Assembly: GCA_030877765.1 (NCBI GenBank)
Contig: GCA_030877765.1_4853.1
Source of the DNA: a phage
DNA length: 46,671 nt
Strand: one strand, 5' to 3'
The position numbers and the translations under genes are program-made. Below the pieces are notes generated by a model. The model was not told the origin of the DNA. It was given only the letters and a program-made list of their open reading frames with translations, and made no database searches. Of this stretch, positions 1 to 8,890 are shown piece after piece; the first letter of the stretch is position 1; each line of letters starts with the position of its first letter.

Positions 1-1
1 C

Positions 2-1180
2 AACCTTATCAATGGGGTAGTGGCTAATAATCCTAAATATGCAGCGGTTGTTGCAGGCAAAGGTAGTGCCAACTTAATCTCAGATGTGCTTGTAGATTTC
101 TCAATCTCTGATGCTAGGCAGGCTCACGGTGTTACAGTAGAAGGTTCTGATAACGTCATAAATAATGTGCTTATGTCAGGATGTGATGGTACTAACTCTT
201 TAGGGCAAACTCAGACTGCTACAATTGCGCGCTTTATAGGTACAGCTAATAACAACTATGCGTCTGTATTTCCTAGCTACAGTGCTACAGGTGTTATTAC
301 TTTCGAATCAGGTTCTACCCGTAACTTCGTAGAGGTAAAGCATCCGGGAAGGAGAAACGACCTTCTCAGTACTGATAGTGCTATTAGCGGTGCAGATACT
401 ATTGACGGCACTAATAATAGCAACGTAGTGCACGCCCCTGCATTAGGGCAGTACATAGGCAGTATGTCCGGTAGGTTCGAATGGCGGATTAAGTCCATGT
501 CACTTCCGTCAGGCGTTCTTACCTCGGCTGATAAGTACAGAATGCTTGGGGATGGTGCTGTGTCATTAGCTGTAGGAGGGGGTACTTCTTCTCAAGTTCG
601 CCTATTTACTTCTAATGGTACTTATCGGACAGTATCACTCACCAACGGTAACGTGCGTCTTCCTACCAGTAGCACAGGTTATTTGCAGTTAGGTTCTGAT
701 GCAATGACCCCACATAGTACTAATACATACGCATTAGGTTCCGCAAGTAGAGCATGGTCTGGCGGTTTTACTCAATCAGCATTCACTGTTGTCTCAGATG
801 CTAGGGATAAAACAGAGCCTCTTAATATCTCAGATGCTTTACTGGATGCTTGGTCTGAAGTTGACTTTGTGCAGTTTCAGTACTTGGACCGAATTGAGGA
901 GAAGGGTGCAGACTCAGCTAGATGGCACTTCGGCATCATCGCTCAGCGAGCTAAGGAGGCATTCGAACGTCACGGTATAGATGCACATCGCTATGGCTTC
1001 CTGTGCTTCAACAGTTGGGATGATGTATACGAGGAAGATGCCAATGGCTCTCGTAAACTGATTACACCAGCAGGTTCCCGCTACGGTATTCGTTACGAGG
1101 AAGTACTGATATTAGAGGCTGCGTTGATGCGGCGTACTATTAAGCGTATGCAGGAAGCATTAGCTGTTATGTCTAAGTGA
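2..1180 (+). CDS. Tail fibre/tailspike, 3' portion (5'-truncated at window edge) with C-terminal intramolecular chaperone (peptidase S74-like) domain
   Basis: Reading frame is open from nt 2 with no upstream stop. C-terminal ~130 aa (SDARDKTEPLNISDALLDAWSEVDFVQFQYLDR...HFGIIAQRAKEAFERHGIDAHRYGFLCFNSWDD) matches the autoproteolytic chaperone domain of endosialidase/L-shaped tail fibres. Confidence 0.75.
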   Translation, partial: NLINGVVANNPKYAAVVAGKGSANLISDVLVDFSISDARQAHGVTVEGSDNVINNVLMSGCDGTNSLGQTQTATIARFIGTANNNYASVFPSYSATGVITFESGSTRNFVEVKHPGRRNDLLSTDSAISGADTIDGTNNSNVVHAPALGQYIGSMSGRFEWRIKSMSLPSGVLTSADKYRMLGDGAVSLAVGGGTSSQVRLFTSNGTYRTVSLTNGNVRLPTSSTGYLQLGSDAMTPHSTNTYALGSASRAWSGGFTQSAFTVVSDARDKTEPLNISDALLDAWSEVDFVQFQYLDRIEEKGADSARWHFGIIAQRAKEAFERHGIDAHRYGFLCFNSWDDVYEEDANGSRKLITPAGSRYGIRYEEVLILEAALMRRTIKRMQEALAVMSK

Positions 1181-1258
1181 GTAATACTAGTACGGTTAGA
1201 TCAGTAGAGTTGGTTAACAGTAGCCTACGTACTACCAGGCTATTATTTATCAAGGTAT

Positions 1259-1288
1259 AAAACCCCGCCCAGGCGGGGTTTGTTTTAT
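1259..1288. terminator. Bidirectional rho-independent terminator between tail fibre (+) and ssb (-)
   Basis: GC stem ccccgcc/ggcgggg with 3-nt loop, T-runs on both strands. Confidence 0.75.
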
Positions 1289-1290
1289 CA

Positions 1291-1797
1291 TCAGAACGGA
1301 ATGTCGTCGTCGAAGTCAATCGGCGGCTCATTGCCTCCTTGTGGGCTTTGTTGTTTTTGTGGCTGTTGTTGTTGCGGATTTGTCCCCCATCCACCTTGAG
1401 GTTGCTGTCCTGATTGCTGGCGTGGTTGTTGCTGATCAGAATCATCACGTCTACCACCAAGCATCTGCATAACACCACCCATCTGCGGAATGACAATCTC
1501 AGTGGTGTATTTGTCCACGCCGTTGCTGTCAGTCCACTTACGAGTGCGTAGCTGGCCTTCGATATAAACCTGAGAACCTTTGCGAAGGTATTCGCCTGCA
1601 ATCTCAGCAAGTTTCCCGAAGATGACCACGCGATGCCACTCGGTCTGTTCTTTCTTTTCTCCTGTCTGCTTATCTTTCCACTGCTCAGATGTTGCAACAG
1701 AAAGGTTGGCAATTGAAGAGCCTGATGCTGAATATTTAACTTCAGGATCGTTTCCGAGGGTACCGACAATAATTACTTTATTTACGCCGCGTGCCAT
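1291..1797 (-). CDS. ssb: Single-stranded DNA-binding protein
   Basis: OB-fold SSB N-terminus ([18 protein letters not shown]...[12 protein letters not shown]), Gly/Gln-rich tail, acidic C-terminus DFDDDIPF. Confidence 0.95.
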   Translation of the reverse strand: MARGVNKVIIVGTLGNDPEVKYSASGSSIANLSVATSEQWKDKQTGEKKEQTEWHRVVIFGKLAEIAGEYLRKGSQVYIEGQLRTRKWTDSNGVDKYTTEIVIPQMGGVMQMLGGRRDDSDQQQPRQQSGQQPQGGWGTNPQQQQPQKQQSPQGGNEPPIDFDDDIPF

Positions 1798-1800
1798 TTA

Positions 1801-2850
1801 TTAAAATCCTTCAATTGGAGTTGGTTTATGTTCGGTTTTTGTTTCTTCCTGCTGTTCTGGCTGATGATGTTGCGGTTTAGCCAGTTTTGCAGGGTTGAAA
1901 TTATCCTGTGGAGTTATTACCACAGGAGGTAATTGCTCATCATTGATAAAAGACTCAATGCGATCATATTCAGCAGCAGAAGCAGCGAGAGAAGGCCATA
2001 TTGCACGAATCTTATCTTTCAGGTTATCAGGTATTGATTTCGCCTCTTCCTTCAGTCCTTCCATTCCTTTTGCTGCTGAAAGCTGAAGTCGTGAGCGCCA
2101 TGATTCAAACTCTTCGTCAACTTTAACACCAGAGTCCACCCATTTGATGAGTCCTCGACCATGAGCCTCTCCAATATAGCCATGACGAACGCTTTCACGA
2201 CCAGACTCAAAGAAGATGGGGCGTAGCTCTTCTGGTAATTTGGTGAACTCCTGAATTTTTCCTCCATCGTGCATCATCATGCTCACGGTCATCTCGAACA
2301 TGAAATCTTTCTCGCACACTGGCTGTAACCCAAGTGATACAGGTTCCTTCGGGTTTGCGAAGTCAGTTTTCTGGCGAGCGCGAAGACAGACAATGATATG
2401 CATATCGCTTTGTAGCATGGCATTCATGAACTTCTTGTGTTCAGCTTTGGCGCGCTTCCAGTCAGCCATCTTTTTACCGTTAAGCAGCGGCTTTTCAGCA
2501 ATCTCCGTGCAACTGCCTTCACCTTCCCATTCATGCGAACCTGAATCAATAACAAGAACCTTAACGCCGGCAGCCTGAAACTCTTCAATGGCCTGACGGT
2601 AACGGGCCGGGCTGAATGGAGCATACATATCAGCGTGCAGGAATTTGCCATCAAGGATGTTTGAGTACAGGCGACCGCGACCATTTTCAGTATCAAGGAA
2701 TCCGATTTCTTCTGGTGAGTCAACCATCCCGCGAGCCAGCTTAAGTGCGCTGTATGTTTTTCCGCTACCAGACTGGCCTGAAATACCGATGACTACACGA
2801 GAACCTGAACGCTCTGCTGGTTTAATATTGAGAATACCCATTTTCATCAC
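1801..2850 (-). CDS. RecA-like/AAA ATPase (recombination/replication); true start probably ATG at 2841
   Basis: Walker A GISGQSGSGKTYSALKLARG; Walker B-like hydrophobic strand plus D; GAGGTG RBS 8 nt before the 2841 ATG. Confidence 0.75.
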   Translation of the reverse strand: MMKMGILNIKPAERSGSRVVIGISGQSGSGKTYSALKLARGMVDSPEEIGFLDTENGRGRLYSNILDGKFLHADMYAPFSPARYRQAIEEFQAAGVKVLVIDSGSHEWEGEGSCTEIAEKPLLNGKKMADWKRAKAEHKKFMNAMLQSDMHIIVCLRARQKTDFANPKEPVSLGLQPVCEKDFMFEMTVSMMMHDGGKIQEFTKLPEELRPIFFESGRESVRHGYIGEAHGRGLIKWVDSGVKVDEEFESWRSRLQLSAAKGMEGLKEEAKSIPDNLKDKIRAIWPSLAASAAEYDRIESFINDEQLPPVVITPQDNFNPAKLAKPQHHQPEQQEETKTEHKPTPIEGF

Positions 2851-2858
2851 CTCACTAA

Positions 2859-3803
2859 TTATAAATTAAACTGTTTTTTGAACCATTCAGGCGTTTCCAT
2901 TTCTATGACAGGATTACCCATTGAATAACCGGGCCACGAATTGGCTTTTTTGCACGCCTTGTAAATTTCCATAGCGCCATGCAACTGAATTCGACCGATG
3001 CGTAATTGCTCTTCAGTCAAGCGAATTAACGCAGGAATAAATGGTGCTTTCTTTTCCTGAACGAGAAGATTAACAGAGCGTGGCGCATGACCATATGCCG
3101 CAACAAACATGTCGTGCTGCATCGCCATTTTCATAAAGTACCCAAGTCTCGCAGCATGACGGAAAAACTCTTCTGGCTTGGCGCTCACCGCTGTTTTGTA
3201 GTCGATGATGTCGCCACCTTTGGTAAGGCAGTCAAAGCGAACTTTTGCCTTCTCTCCGTTAAGTTCACCTAGAATTGACACTTCAGCATAAGCACCAGCG
3301 AGAAGACTGCTGTAATAGCTGTTTGCGTGGATTACAGCACGCATTTGCTGAATAGCGTCATAATCACCACCTTCCAGCATTTGCTTTCCTACAGCAGCTT
3401 TTTCAGCCTCTTCACGGATGACATCGTAAATTTTCACTGGCTCGCCAGTCGCCTGGATGATTTTGATCACCTCAGCTTTCGACTTTCCTGAAAGTCCTTT
3501 GATGCCTCGTTCTTTTGCCCATGAGTTCATATCACTTACAGTAACAAGCAGGTCATCACCAAAATCTTCTTTGGTTGGCATTCGTGCATATTCAGCATCA
3601 AAACGCTCTGGTTCAAGCAACGCAGTATGGCTACCTGTACCGAATATAAGAGCTTTTGATTGCTCATCCTCTTCGTCTTTGTATCGCCATGCTGCCGGGC
3701 ATCTGTCAAGTATATTCCATAATCCAGAACCATTAATGTGCTCTGTGTCAGCATGATAATCCTGATTGCTTAATTCATTGTTGAAATAAACTCTCATCAT
3801 CAC
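2859..3803 (-). CDS. PD-(D/E)XK family nuclease (RecB/Cas4-like exonuclease)
   Basis: GGDIIDYKT motif with downstream acidic residues; same operon as ATPase and SSB as in phage recombination modules. Confidence 0.65.
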   Translation of the reverse strand: MMMRVYFNNELSNQDYHADTEHINGSGLWNILDRCPAAWRYKDEEDEQSKALIFGTGSHTALLEPERFDAEYARMPTKEDFGDDLLVTVSDMNSWAKERGIKGLSGKSKAEVIKIIQATGEPVKIYDVIREEAEKAAVGKQMLEGGDYDAIQQMRAVIHANSYYSSLLAGAYAEVSILGELNGEKAKVRFDCLTKGGDIIDYKTAVSAKPEEFFRHAARLGYFMKMAMQHDMFVAAYGHAPRSVNLLVQEKKAPFIPALIRLTEEQLRIGRIQLHGAMEIYKACKKANSWPGYSMGNPVIEMETPEWFKKQFNL

Positions 3804-4426
3804 TCTCCGTGGTTACAGAATTCTTTATGCATCTTTTCTCTGAATTTCATCACAGACAACCTCGCTCTCTCAATATCATTGAATAACCCAAGATGGTATC
3901 TTTTCCCGTTAACATCACAGTAAGCATGCCACTTTTTAACCTGTTTTTGCCAATACACACCTTTAACTCCTGATGTGTTATTTTTTGGTTTTTTAGCGTT
4001 ATACTGGTTCTGCATATTTGTTGCGATTCTTAAGTTGCAAATCCTGTTATCGTCACGCACACCGTTAATGTGATCAATTTGACCTTCAGGCCAGAAACCA
4101 TAATAAATCAACCATACCAAGCGATGCGCGTAGTATCTTTTATTATTTATGCTTATCTCTATGTATCCGTTATGTTTTTTCCTGCCAGCGACACTACCCT
4201 TTCTTACACCTCCACCCGTCTTATTTCTAATGAAAACCCCTGTTTCATGGTTGTAATTTAAGCTATCCAAAACAACATAACGTGGTATTCTTTTTCTTCT
4301 TCCTATGGTGTTTGACTCTGCACTTCCCTGAGCAAAATCTTGCTTTTGCAGTTCCGATAAACTCATTTCCACAAACCTCGCACTTCTTAACGGTGATAGC
4401 CATTTCTTACCCTCTATTGTAATCAT
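3800..4426 (-). CDS. HNH-AP2 homing endonuclease (paralog 1 of 4)
   Basis: AHRLVWLIYYGFWPEGQIDHINGVRDDNRICNLR (HNH) followed by NTSGVKGVYWQKQVKKWHAYCDVNGKRYHLGLF (AP2). Confidence 0.85.
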   Translation of the reverse strand: MITIEGKKWLSPLRSARFVEMSLSELQKQDFAQGSAESNTIGRRKRIPRYVVLDSLNYNHETGVFIRNKTGGGVRKGSVAGRKKHNGYIEISINNKRYYAHRLVWLIYYGFWPEGQIDHINGVRDDNRICNLRIATNMQNQYNAKKPKNNTSGVKGVYWQKQVKKWHAYCDVNGKRYHLGLFNDIERARLSVMKFREKMHKEFCNHGE

Positions 4427-4471
4427 TTTCCGTTACATTGCAAGTAACTTTTATTTGTTACTAACGATACA

Positions 4472-4897
4472 TTAATCTACGTCATCCAGCAAGCCAAAAT
4501 AGAAAAGCGTGGCTTTTTTTAATTCATCAAGCCCATAAGCTATGGCAGCATAATGACCAAGCCTGCACATCTCTGTTAGCACTGCTGATTGATCCTTGCT
4601 CACCCTGCTTTTGCTTTTATCGCGGCGCTTTGCTTCAATCATCCCACAACTGTGATTTACCCCCGGAGTCATTATCACATTGTCGCCTATACCAGCCTTA
4701 ACCCCCATCTTCTGGCGCTTCAGCACAAACTGCACCCTGCTTGATGTGCCAGTTTCGTTGGGTACATGAAACCACAGAACATCAGGGAAGCGGTGTTGCA
4801 TCCATGTTCCATAACCCATCTGGTCAGTCTCCTCTTTTGGGCATTCTCCTCGATAACCGCTATCAAATACCCATATACCGCTATCAAGCTGCTTCAC
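4472..4897 (-). CDS. VRR-NUC domain nuclease
   Basis: FHVPNE ... GMIEAKRR pattern typical of VRR-NUC (PD-(D/E)XK fold). Confidence 0.65.
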   Translation of the reverse strand: MKQLDSGIWVFDSGYRGECPKEETDQMGYGTWMQHRFPDVLWFHVPNETGTSSRVQFVLKRQKMGVKAGIGDNVIMTPGVNHSCGMIEAKRRDKSKSRVSKDQSAVLTEMCRLGHYAAIAYGLDELKKATLFYFGLLDDVD

Positions 4898-4907
4898 TTT
4901 GTTATCC

Positions 4908-6812
4908 TTAAAATTCTTTTCGGTGGATTATGTCGCGACCTTTATCATTAATACGATGCGTGATGCGTTTTGGCGCTTTAATCAACCCCGCATACATCAT
5001 GAACTGCTTGGCGTTCTGGTATTTCAATATTTTCCCAGCCATTGACTTATCATCAAGGTGTGGGAATACAGCCTTTGCCTTGAACATGTTTTTCATGTGA
5101 GTTGCGCCGCCATAAGGGTAGAAAACTTCATTAGCCCAGCCTTCTTTGCCATCACAACGGTTAATCCAGTAGCGATATAAAATCCCCTCTCCGTCCTTCG
5201 TTAGTTGAACCTTGAAATCCATAACATCAGCCCACTCGTTATCTGTATAAGCACGCTCATTCAGTGCCGAATTAGGGTCGCGCAACACGTGATCGCAATG
5301 TCTGCAATAGCGCGCAGTGGGGTCGTTTTTAGTGCCGCAACCATCATCAAAAATCCGGATTCCGTGCTTATCAAAACCGCAACGGATGTAACTGAAAAAT
5401 TCTTCGCAGCGACCATCTGGAGATAGCGGGTCTTTCCCTATGCATCGACGCGCATATGGGCTGTTCATTGTTCCACATGTATGACACGGAACTTGTTCGC
5501 CACTGCGTTTTGAACGTTGCGCTTCAGCCTCTTCCAGAATCGGGTCTTCATACAGCTGACCAAGCTCAAACATCGTGCCAGAGAAATCAAGAACCAGATG
5601 GTCTTCTTTATGATACCCGGCATCAATTTGCTCTTTCTTCAGTAGGCGCATTCCGCGACCAAGAAGCTGGACAAGGAGAGTTAGCGACATTATTTTTCGC
5701 AATATGCAGCTCGTATCCCATAACGGTATATTTACGCCAGTGGTAAGGGCGGCTATCTGGAATGTGAATTTTTTACGCCCGGTGTATGCATCTTTTAGAG
5801 CCTTCCTTCTGGCTTTTGACCCCATATCTTCTGTAACTATTGAATAACTTCCTTCGGGTAGGTATTTTGCCGCCTCCTGACAATGTTTTTTACCAGCACA
5901 TGTAATCAGTACGCCGTTTCTGTTTTTAGTCAACTCCATAACCTTGAGCATGATTTTCTGCGTCAACGTACCTTGCTCAAGAATTTCTTTCTGCATCTGC
6001 TTGAGCTGCTCGGCGGTAAAGTCCTGAGTACCATCAACATCTGAACCATGAAAATCCGAAAGGTCATAATGCAGACTATCAACATCATGAAGACCAAAAA
6101 TTGTTGGAACAAGAAAACCGTTTTCAACCATGTACTTGGTGTCTATGTTGATAATCTCTTTCTTCCAGAAAGCGCCTTTTATTGATGTAGTTCCGCGAAA
6201 CGGTGAGCCTGTATAACCTATTATTCTCAACTCATGGCCATGCTTATCTTTACACCTTTTCATTAGCTCATTAATTATCACTGCATACTGCGTATCACCA
6301 TTATTAACAACATCAATGTCATTAACCATATGATTTTCATCGATCAGCAGGAATCTTGGGCAAAAGTCAGAGAGCGCACCTTTTGCAATAACATTCCCAT
6401 GCTCATCTTTTTTATCAAACAAAGCATTTACAACAGTACCCTCAGAACCACAGATTATTGGGTACGTAGAACTTTTCCTACCCAACGAAGCACTGAATAG
6501 CGAGTTTCTAACACCAAGCAACCATAGCTCTTCCGCATCTTGCTCCACTATTTCGCCCTGTCTTGATAAAATCATCCCTGAATAGCCCATCTCCTGAAAA
6601 CGCTTTGCTATCATGGCAATCATCAGTGACTTTCCGCTACCGACACTTGCTGTTACATAGCTTGGGCCAACATAATGACGAATCACATCGCCAGTTAACT
6701 TATATATCAACCACTGATAGGGTCTTGGCTCGATATCACCAGTATCCAGATAAGATTTCAGCAGATTAATATCAATCTCTGAAATCATTTTGTCGATTTT
6801 ATGCATTACCAA
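4908..6812 (-). CDS. SF2 DEAD/DExH-box DNA helicase with C-terminal Cys-rich zinc-finger region
   Basis: Walker A ASVGSGKSLM, DExH box LLIDENHMV, helicase C-domain motifs, C-terminal CHTCG...CRHCDH clusters. Confidence 0.85.
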   Translation of the reverse strand: MVMHKIDKMISEIDINLLKSYLDTGDIEPRPYQWLIYKLTGDVIRHYVGPSYVTASVGSGKSLMIAMIAKRFQEMGYSGMILSRQGEIVEQDAEELWLLGVRNSLFSASLGRKSSTYPIICGSEGTVVNALFDKKDEHGNVIAKGALSDFCPRFLLIDENHMVNDIDVVNNGDTQYAVIINELMKRCKDKHGHELRIIGYTGSPFRGTTSIKGAFWKKEIINIDTKYMVENGFLVPTIFGLHDVDSLHYDLSDFHGSDVDGTQDFTAEQLKQMQKEILEQGTLTQKIMLKVMELTKNRNGVLITCAGKKHCQEAAKYLPEGSYSIVTEDMGSKARRKALKDAYTGRKKFTFQIAALTTGVNIPLWDTSCILRKIMSLTLLVQLLGRGMRLLKKEQIDAGYHKEDHLVLDFSGTMFELGQLYEDPILEEAEAQRSKRSGEQVPCHTCGTMNSPYARRCIGKDPLSPDGRCEEFFSYIRCGFDKHGIRIFDDGCGTKNDPTARYCRHCDHVLRDPNSALNERAYTDNEWADVMDFKVQLTKDGEGILYRYWINRCDGKEGWANEVFYPYGGATHMKNMFKAKAVFPHLDDKSMAGKILKYQNAKQFMMYAGLIKAPKRITHRINDKGRDIIHRKEF

Positions 6813-7069
6813 ATCCTCGCACCAAGACGTTCAATTGTTTGTTTCTTTGTTTCATCATCTATTCCGCTATAAAAATACATATAACTAAGATTCCATAGAT
6901 AATCTTCTGGTCGCTCATCGGCAAACAAATCATCCCACTCAAAAATCCATTCTCCAGTTCTCTGTCTTCTGTATATGGTTAGCCATGTATTGCTTCGTGG
7001 CGGGTATCCGAAGGCAACAGGGATTGGCTTGCCATGAAAAATCCTCTTAAAAATGCTATCAAGGAACAC
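6806..7069 (-). CDS. Hypothetical protein (87 aa)
   Basis: ORF in operon orientation, overlapping the helicase start. Confidence 0.45.
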   Translation of the reverse strand: MFLDSIFKRIFHGKPIPVAFGYPPRSNTWLTIYRRQRTGEWIFEWDDLFADERPEDYLWNLSYMYFYSGIDDETKKQTIERLGARIW

Positions 7070-7084
7070 TGCTATATCCTTTTA

Positions 7085-7125
7085 TTGATGTTTCTACGTC
7101 AGTTAGCTTATACTCAATCTACACC
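7085..7125 (+). promoter_or_regulatory. Sigma70-like promoter for the primase gene
   Basis: TTGATG, 18 bp, TATACT, then AATCTACACC at the predicted start region. Confidence 0.4.
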
Positions 7126-7144
7126 AACAATCAAGGGTAAATTT

Positions 7145-8098
7145 ATGAGATACGACTGGAAAGACATTGAGCCAAAAATGATCGGAAATTGGCAAGCTGC
7201 CATCATGTCTATCGTCAATGTGGATAGCAGAGTTTTCAATGGCAAGCACCAGCCATGCCCGTCATGCTCAGGAAAAGACAGGTATCGCTTTGATGACAAC
7301 TTCGAAACAAAAGGCGATGGCGGCGCAATCTGCAATCAGTGCGGTTCCGGCAGCGGCATGAATTGGCTGATGAAACTCTCCGGAATGAGCTTTCCTGAAG
7401 CGCTGGAGGCACTTGGTGGATTCCTGAATATGCACCCGCGTGAAAAGCTGGAGGCAATCAGGAAAGAGCTACCGAAGATAAATCACAGCGATGACTTCAT
7501 CACCGAGCAGGAAGTCGCAGCAATCATGGCTAAAACGACTCGTGTCGCGATGAATGAGTGGACTTTGATAAATGGTATTGGTTGCGACGTTAACGTCACC
7601 AGAGGCAAATCTGGAGAACTTATTGCGGTTGAGATGATGCGAGCTGACACAATGAAACTGTGCAACGTGGCATTCATTGGCATGGATGGTGATTCAATCA
7701 GAACGTTTTTCCGCGCAGGATACAACAAGGACTCAGCCATCAACGGCAAACTCACGCGCGGCGCGATAAGCCCAATCGGAGAAGACAACGGGAAGTTCAT
7801 TTACCTGGTATCTGATTATGCCGATGCGTGGAAATGCCACTACTTCACTGGCGCTCATGCCTGGTGCTGCTGGTCGCCGGAAAACATGTGGGAGGTTGTG
7901 CGCTCGGTTAGCGATGAAACGAAGGCGAGATTGCGCTGCATAGTTAATTATAAATTCGACGAACTTTGCGCTGCGGAAAATGCAGGGCTTCCGGTGATGC
8001 TTCCTGATGATGCTGAAACAATAAGGATGGCAAAGAGAATCAGGAGAAAGATTTATGACGCTGGCGAGCTGATAGAGAAAATGCCAGTAAGCAGATAA
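7145..8098 (+). CDS. DNA primase-like protein with N-terminal zinc-binding domain
   Basis: CPSCSGKDRYRFDD...GGAICNQCGSGSGMNWLMKLSGMSFPEALEAL resembles phage primase zinc ribbon; ATG 7145 has a GGGT RBS; track ORF start at 7034 is probably too long. Confidence 0.6.
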   Translation: MRYDWKDIEPKMIGNWQAAIMSIVNVDSRVFNGKHQPCPSCSGKDRYRFDDNFETKGDGGAICNQCGSGSGMNWLMKLSGMSFPEALEALGGFLNMHPREKLEAIRKELPKINHSDDFITEQEVAAIMAKTTRVAMNEWTLINGIGCDVNVTRGKSGELIAVEMMRADTMKLCNVAFIGMDGDSIRTFFRAGYNKDSAINGKLTRGAISPIGEDNGKFIYLVSDYADAWKCHYFTGAHAWCCWSPENMWEVVRSVSDETKARLRCIVNYKFDELCAAENAGLPVMLPDDAETIRMAKRIRRKIYDAGELIEKMPVSR

Positions 8099-8103
8099 AA
8101 TAA

Positions 8104-8127
8104 ACCATCCGACTGGAGGGTTTTTGT
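8104..8127 (+). terminator. Putative terminator after primase
   Basis: Imperfect stem ccatcc/ggaggg followed by TTTTTGTT. Confidence 0.4.
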
Positions 8128-8477
8128 TATGCTTTGATGTTAACTTTTATTGCGAACACTTCCACCGGGTCAGGACCGAAGTGTGGGTGGGTGATGGTCT
8201 TAACCGTCCATCCATCGTATGGGATATCAATACGCCTGGATTTATCGTCCTTCTTTGGATATCCTTTTGTGATAATTAACCTTTCGTACTTCCTTCCAAT
8301 CTGTCCGCTGTCTTTAAAGTTAATAAGGCGCTTCTTCCAGTAGTCATTAAAAAGGCGATACTCTTCCGTTTTCTCTCCGCGAATCATGGCATCGAAGTAT
8401 TCACCTTTGACAGCAAGTTGCAGGTTAGCCATTACCGCGCCTCCAGTCTCCATACCGCCTGACCATCCGGCTGGCAT
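8127..8477 (-). CDS. ASCH domain protein
   Basis: GEKTEEYR motif typical of ASCH; likely start at MANLQLAVKGEYF. Confidence 0.5.
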   Translation of the reverse strand: MPAGWSGGMETGGAVMANLQLAVKGEYFDAMIRGEKTEEYRLFNDYWKKRLINFKDSGQIGRKYERLIITKGYPKKDDKSRRIDIPYDGWTVKTITHPHFGPDPVEVFAIKVNIKA

Positions 8478-8688
8478 AGGTGTCTTTGGATACCGCTCCG
8501 TCTTTAGCCAGCTTCATAAGAATTTTTCGCAAATCTGCCGAACGCCATTCTTCATCAGGAAATTCCTTCTCCATTGCCAACCGCAAATTCCATGTTGCTA
8601 TCCTGAATGGATATTCCCCGCCGAGAGCTTTCTCTTGCAGGGCAGCCCGGGAACGCATCACCTGCAAAACCTTCTCTTTTACATCCAT
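8425..8688 (-). CDS. Hypothetical protein (87 aa)
   Basis: ORF in operon orientation. Confidence 0.4.
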   Translation of the reverse strand: MDVKEKVLQVMRSRAALQEKALGGEYPFRIATWNLRLAMEKEFPDEEWRSADLRKILMKLAKDGAVSKDTYASRMVRRYGDWRRGNG

Positions 8689-8698
8689 TTCCTTACCC

Positions 8699-8890
8699 TC
8701 ACTTAATCATCAATTTTGAAATGTCAACATAACCAACAGAAAATCTGTGCCAGTAATCATCAAGTACGTGGTAATTAGATCGAATCCATACTTTGTTAAT
8801 CCCAGACCAGAAAAACCACGTCGAATAACCATACGGTCTGAAATTCCATGAGCCTTCTGAGCGGCAAAGTTCGCCTGATATTGTTATCAT
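8699..8890 (-). CDS. Hypothetical protein (63 aa)
   Basis: Short ORF in operon orientation, ATGA overlap with the upstream gene. Confidence 0.3.
   Translation of the reverse strand: MITISGELCRSEGSWNFRPYGYSTWFFWSGINKVWIRSNYHVLDDYWHRFSVGYVDISKLMIK

Noticed and set aside
1173-1769. ORF 1173-1769 (-), 198 aa, overlapping ssb in another frame
   Set aside because: The ssb frame has an unmistakable SSB signature; the alternative frame is a shadow ORF.
7114-7800. Minus-strand ORFs 7114-7335, 7236-7457 and 7483-7800 that would keep the replication operon on one strand
   Set aside because: Short and low-complexity, without RBS, whereas the plus-strand frame carries a clear zinc-ribbon primase motif.
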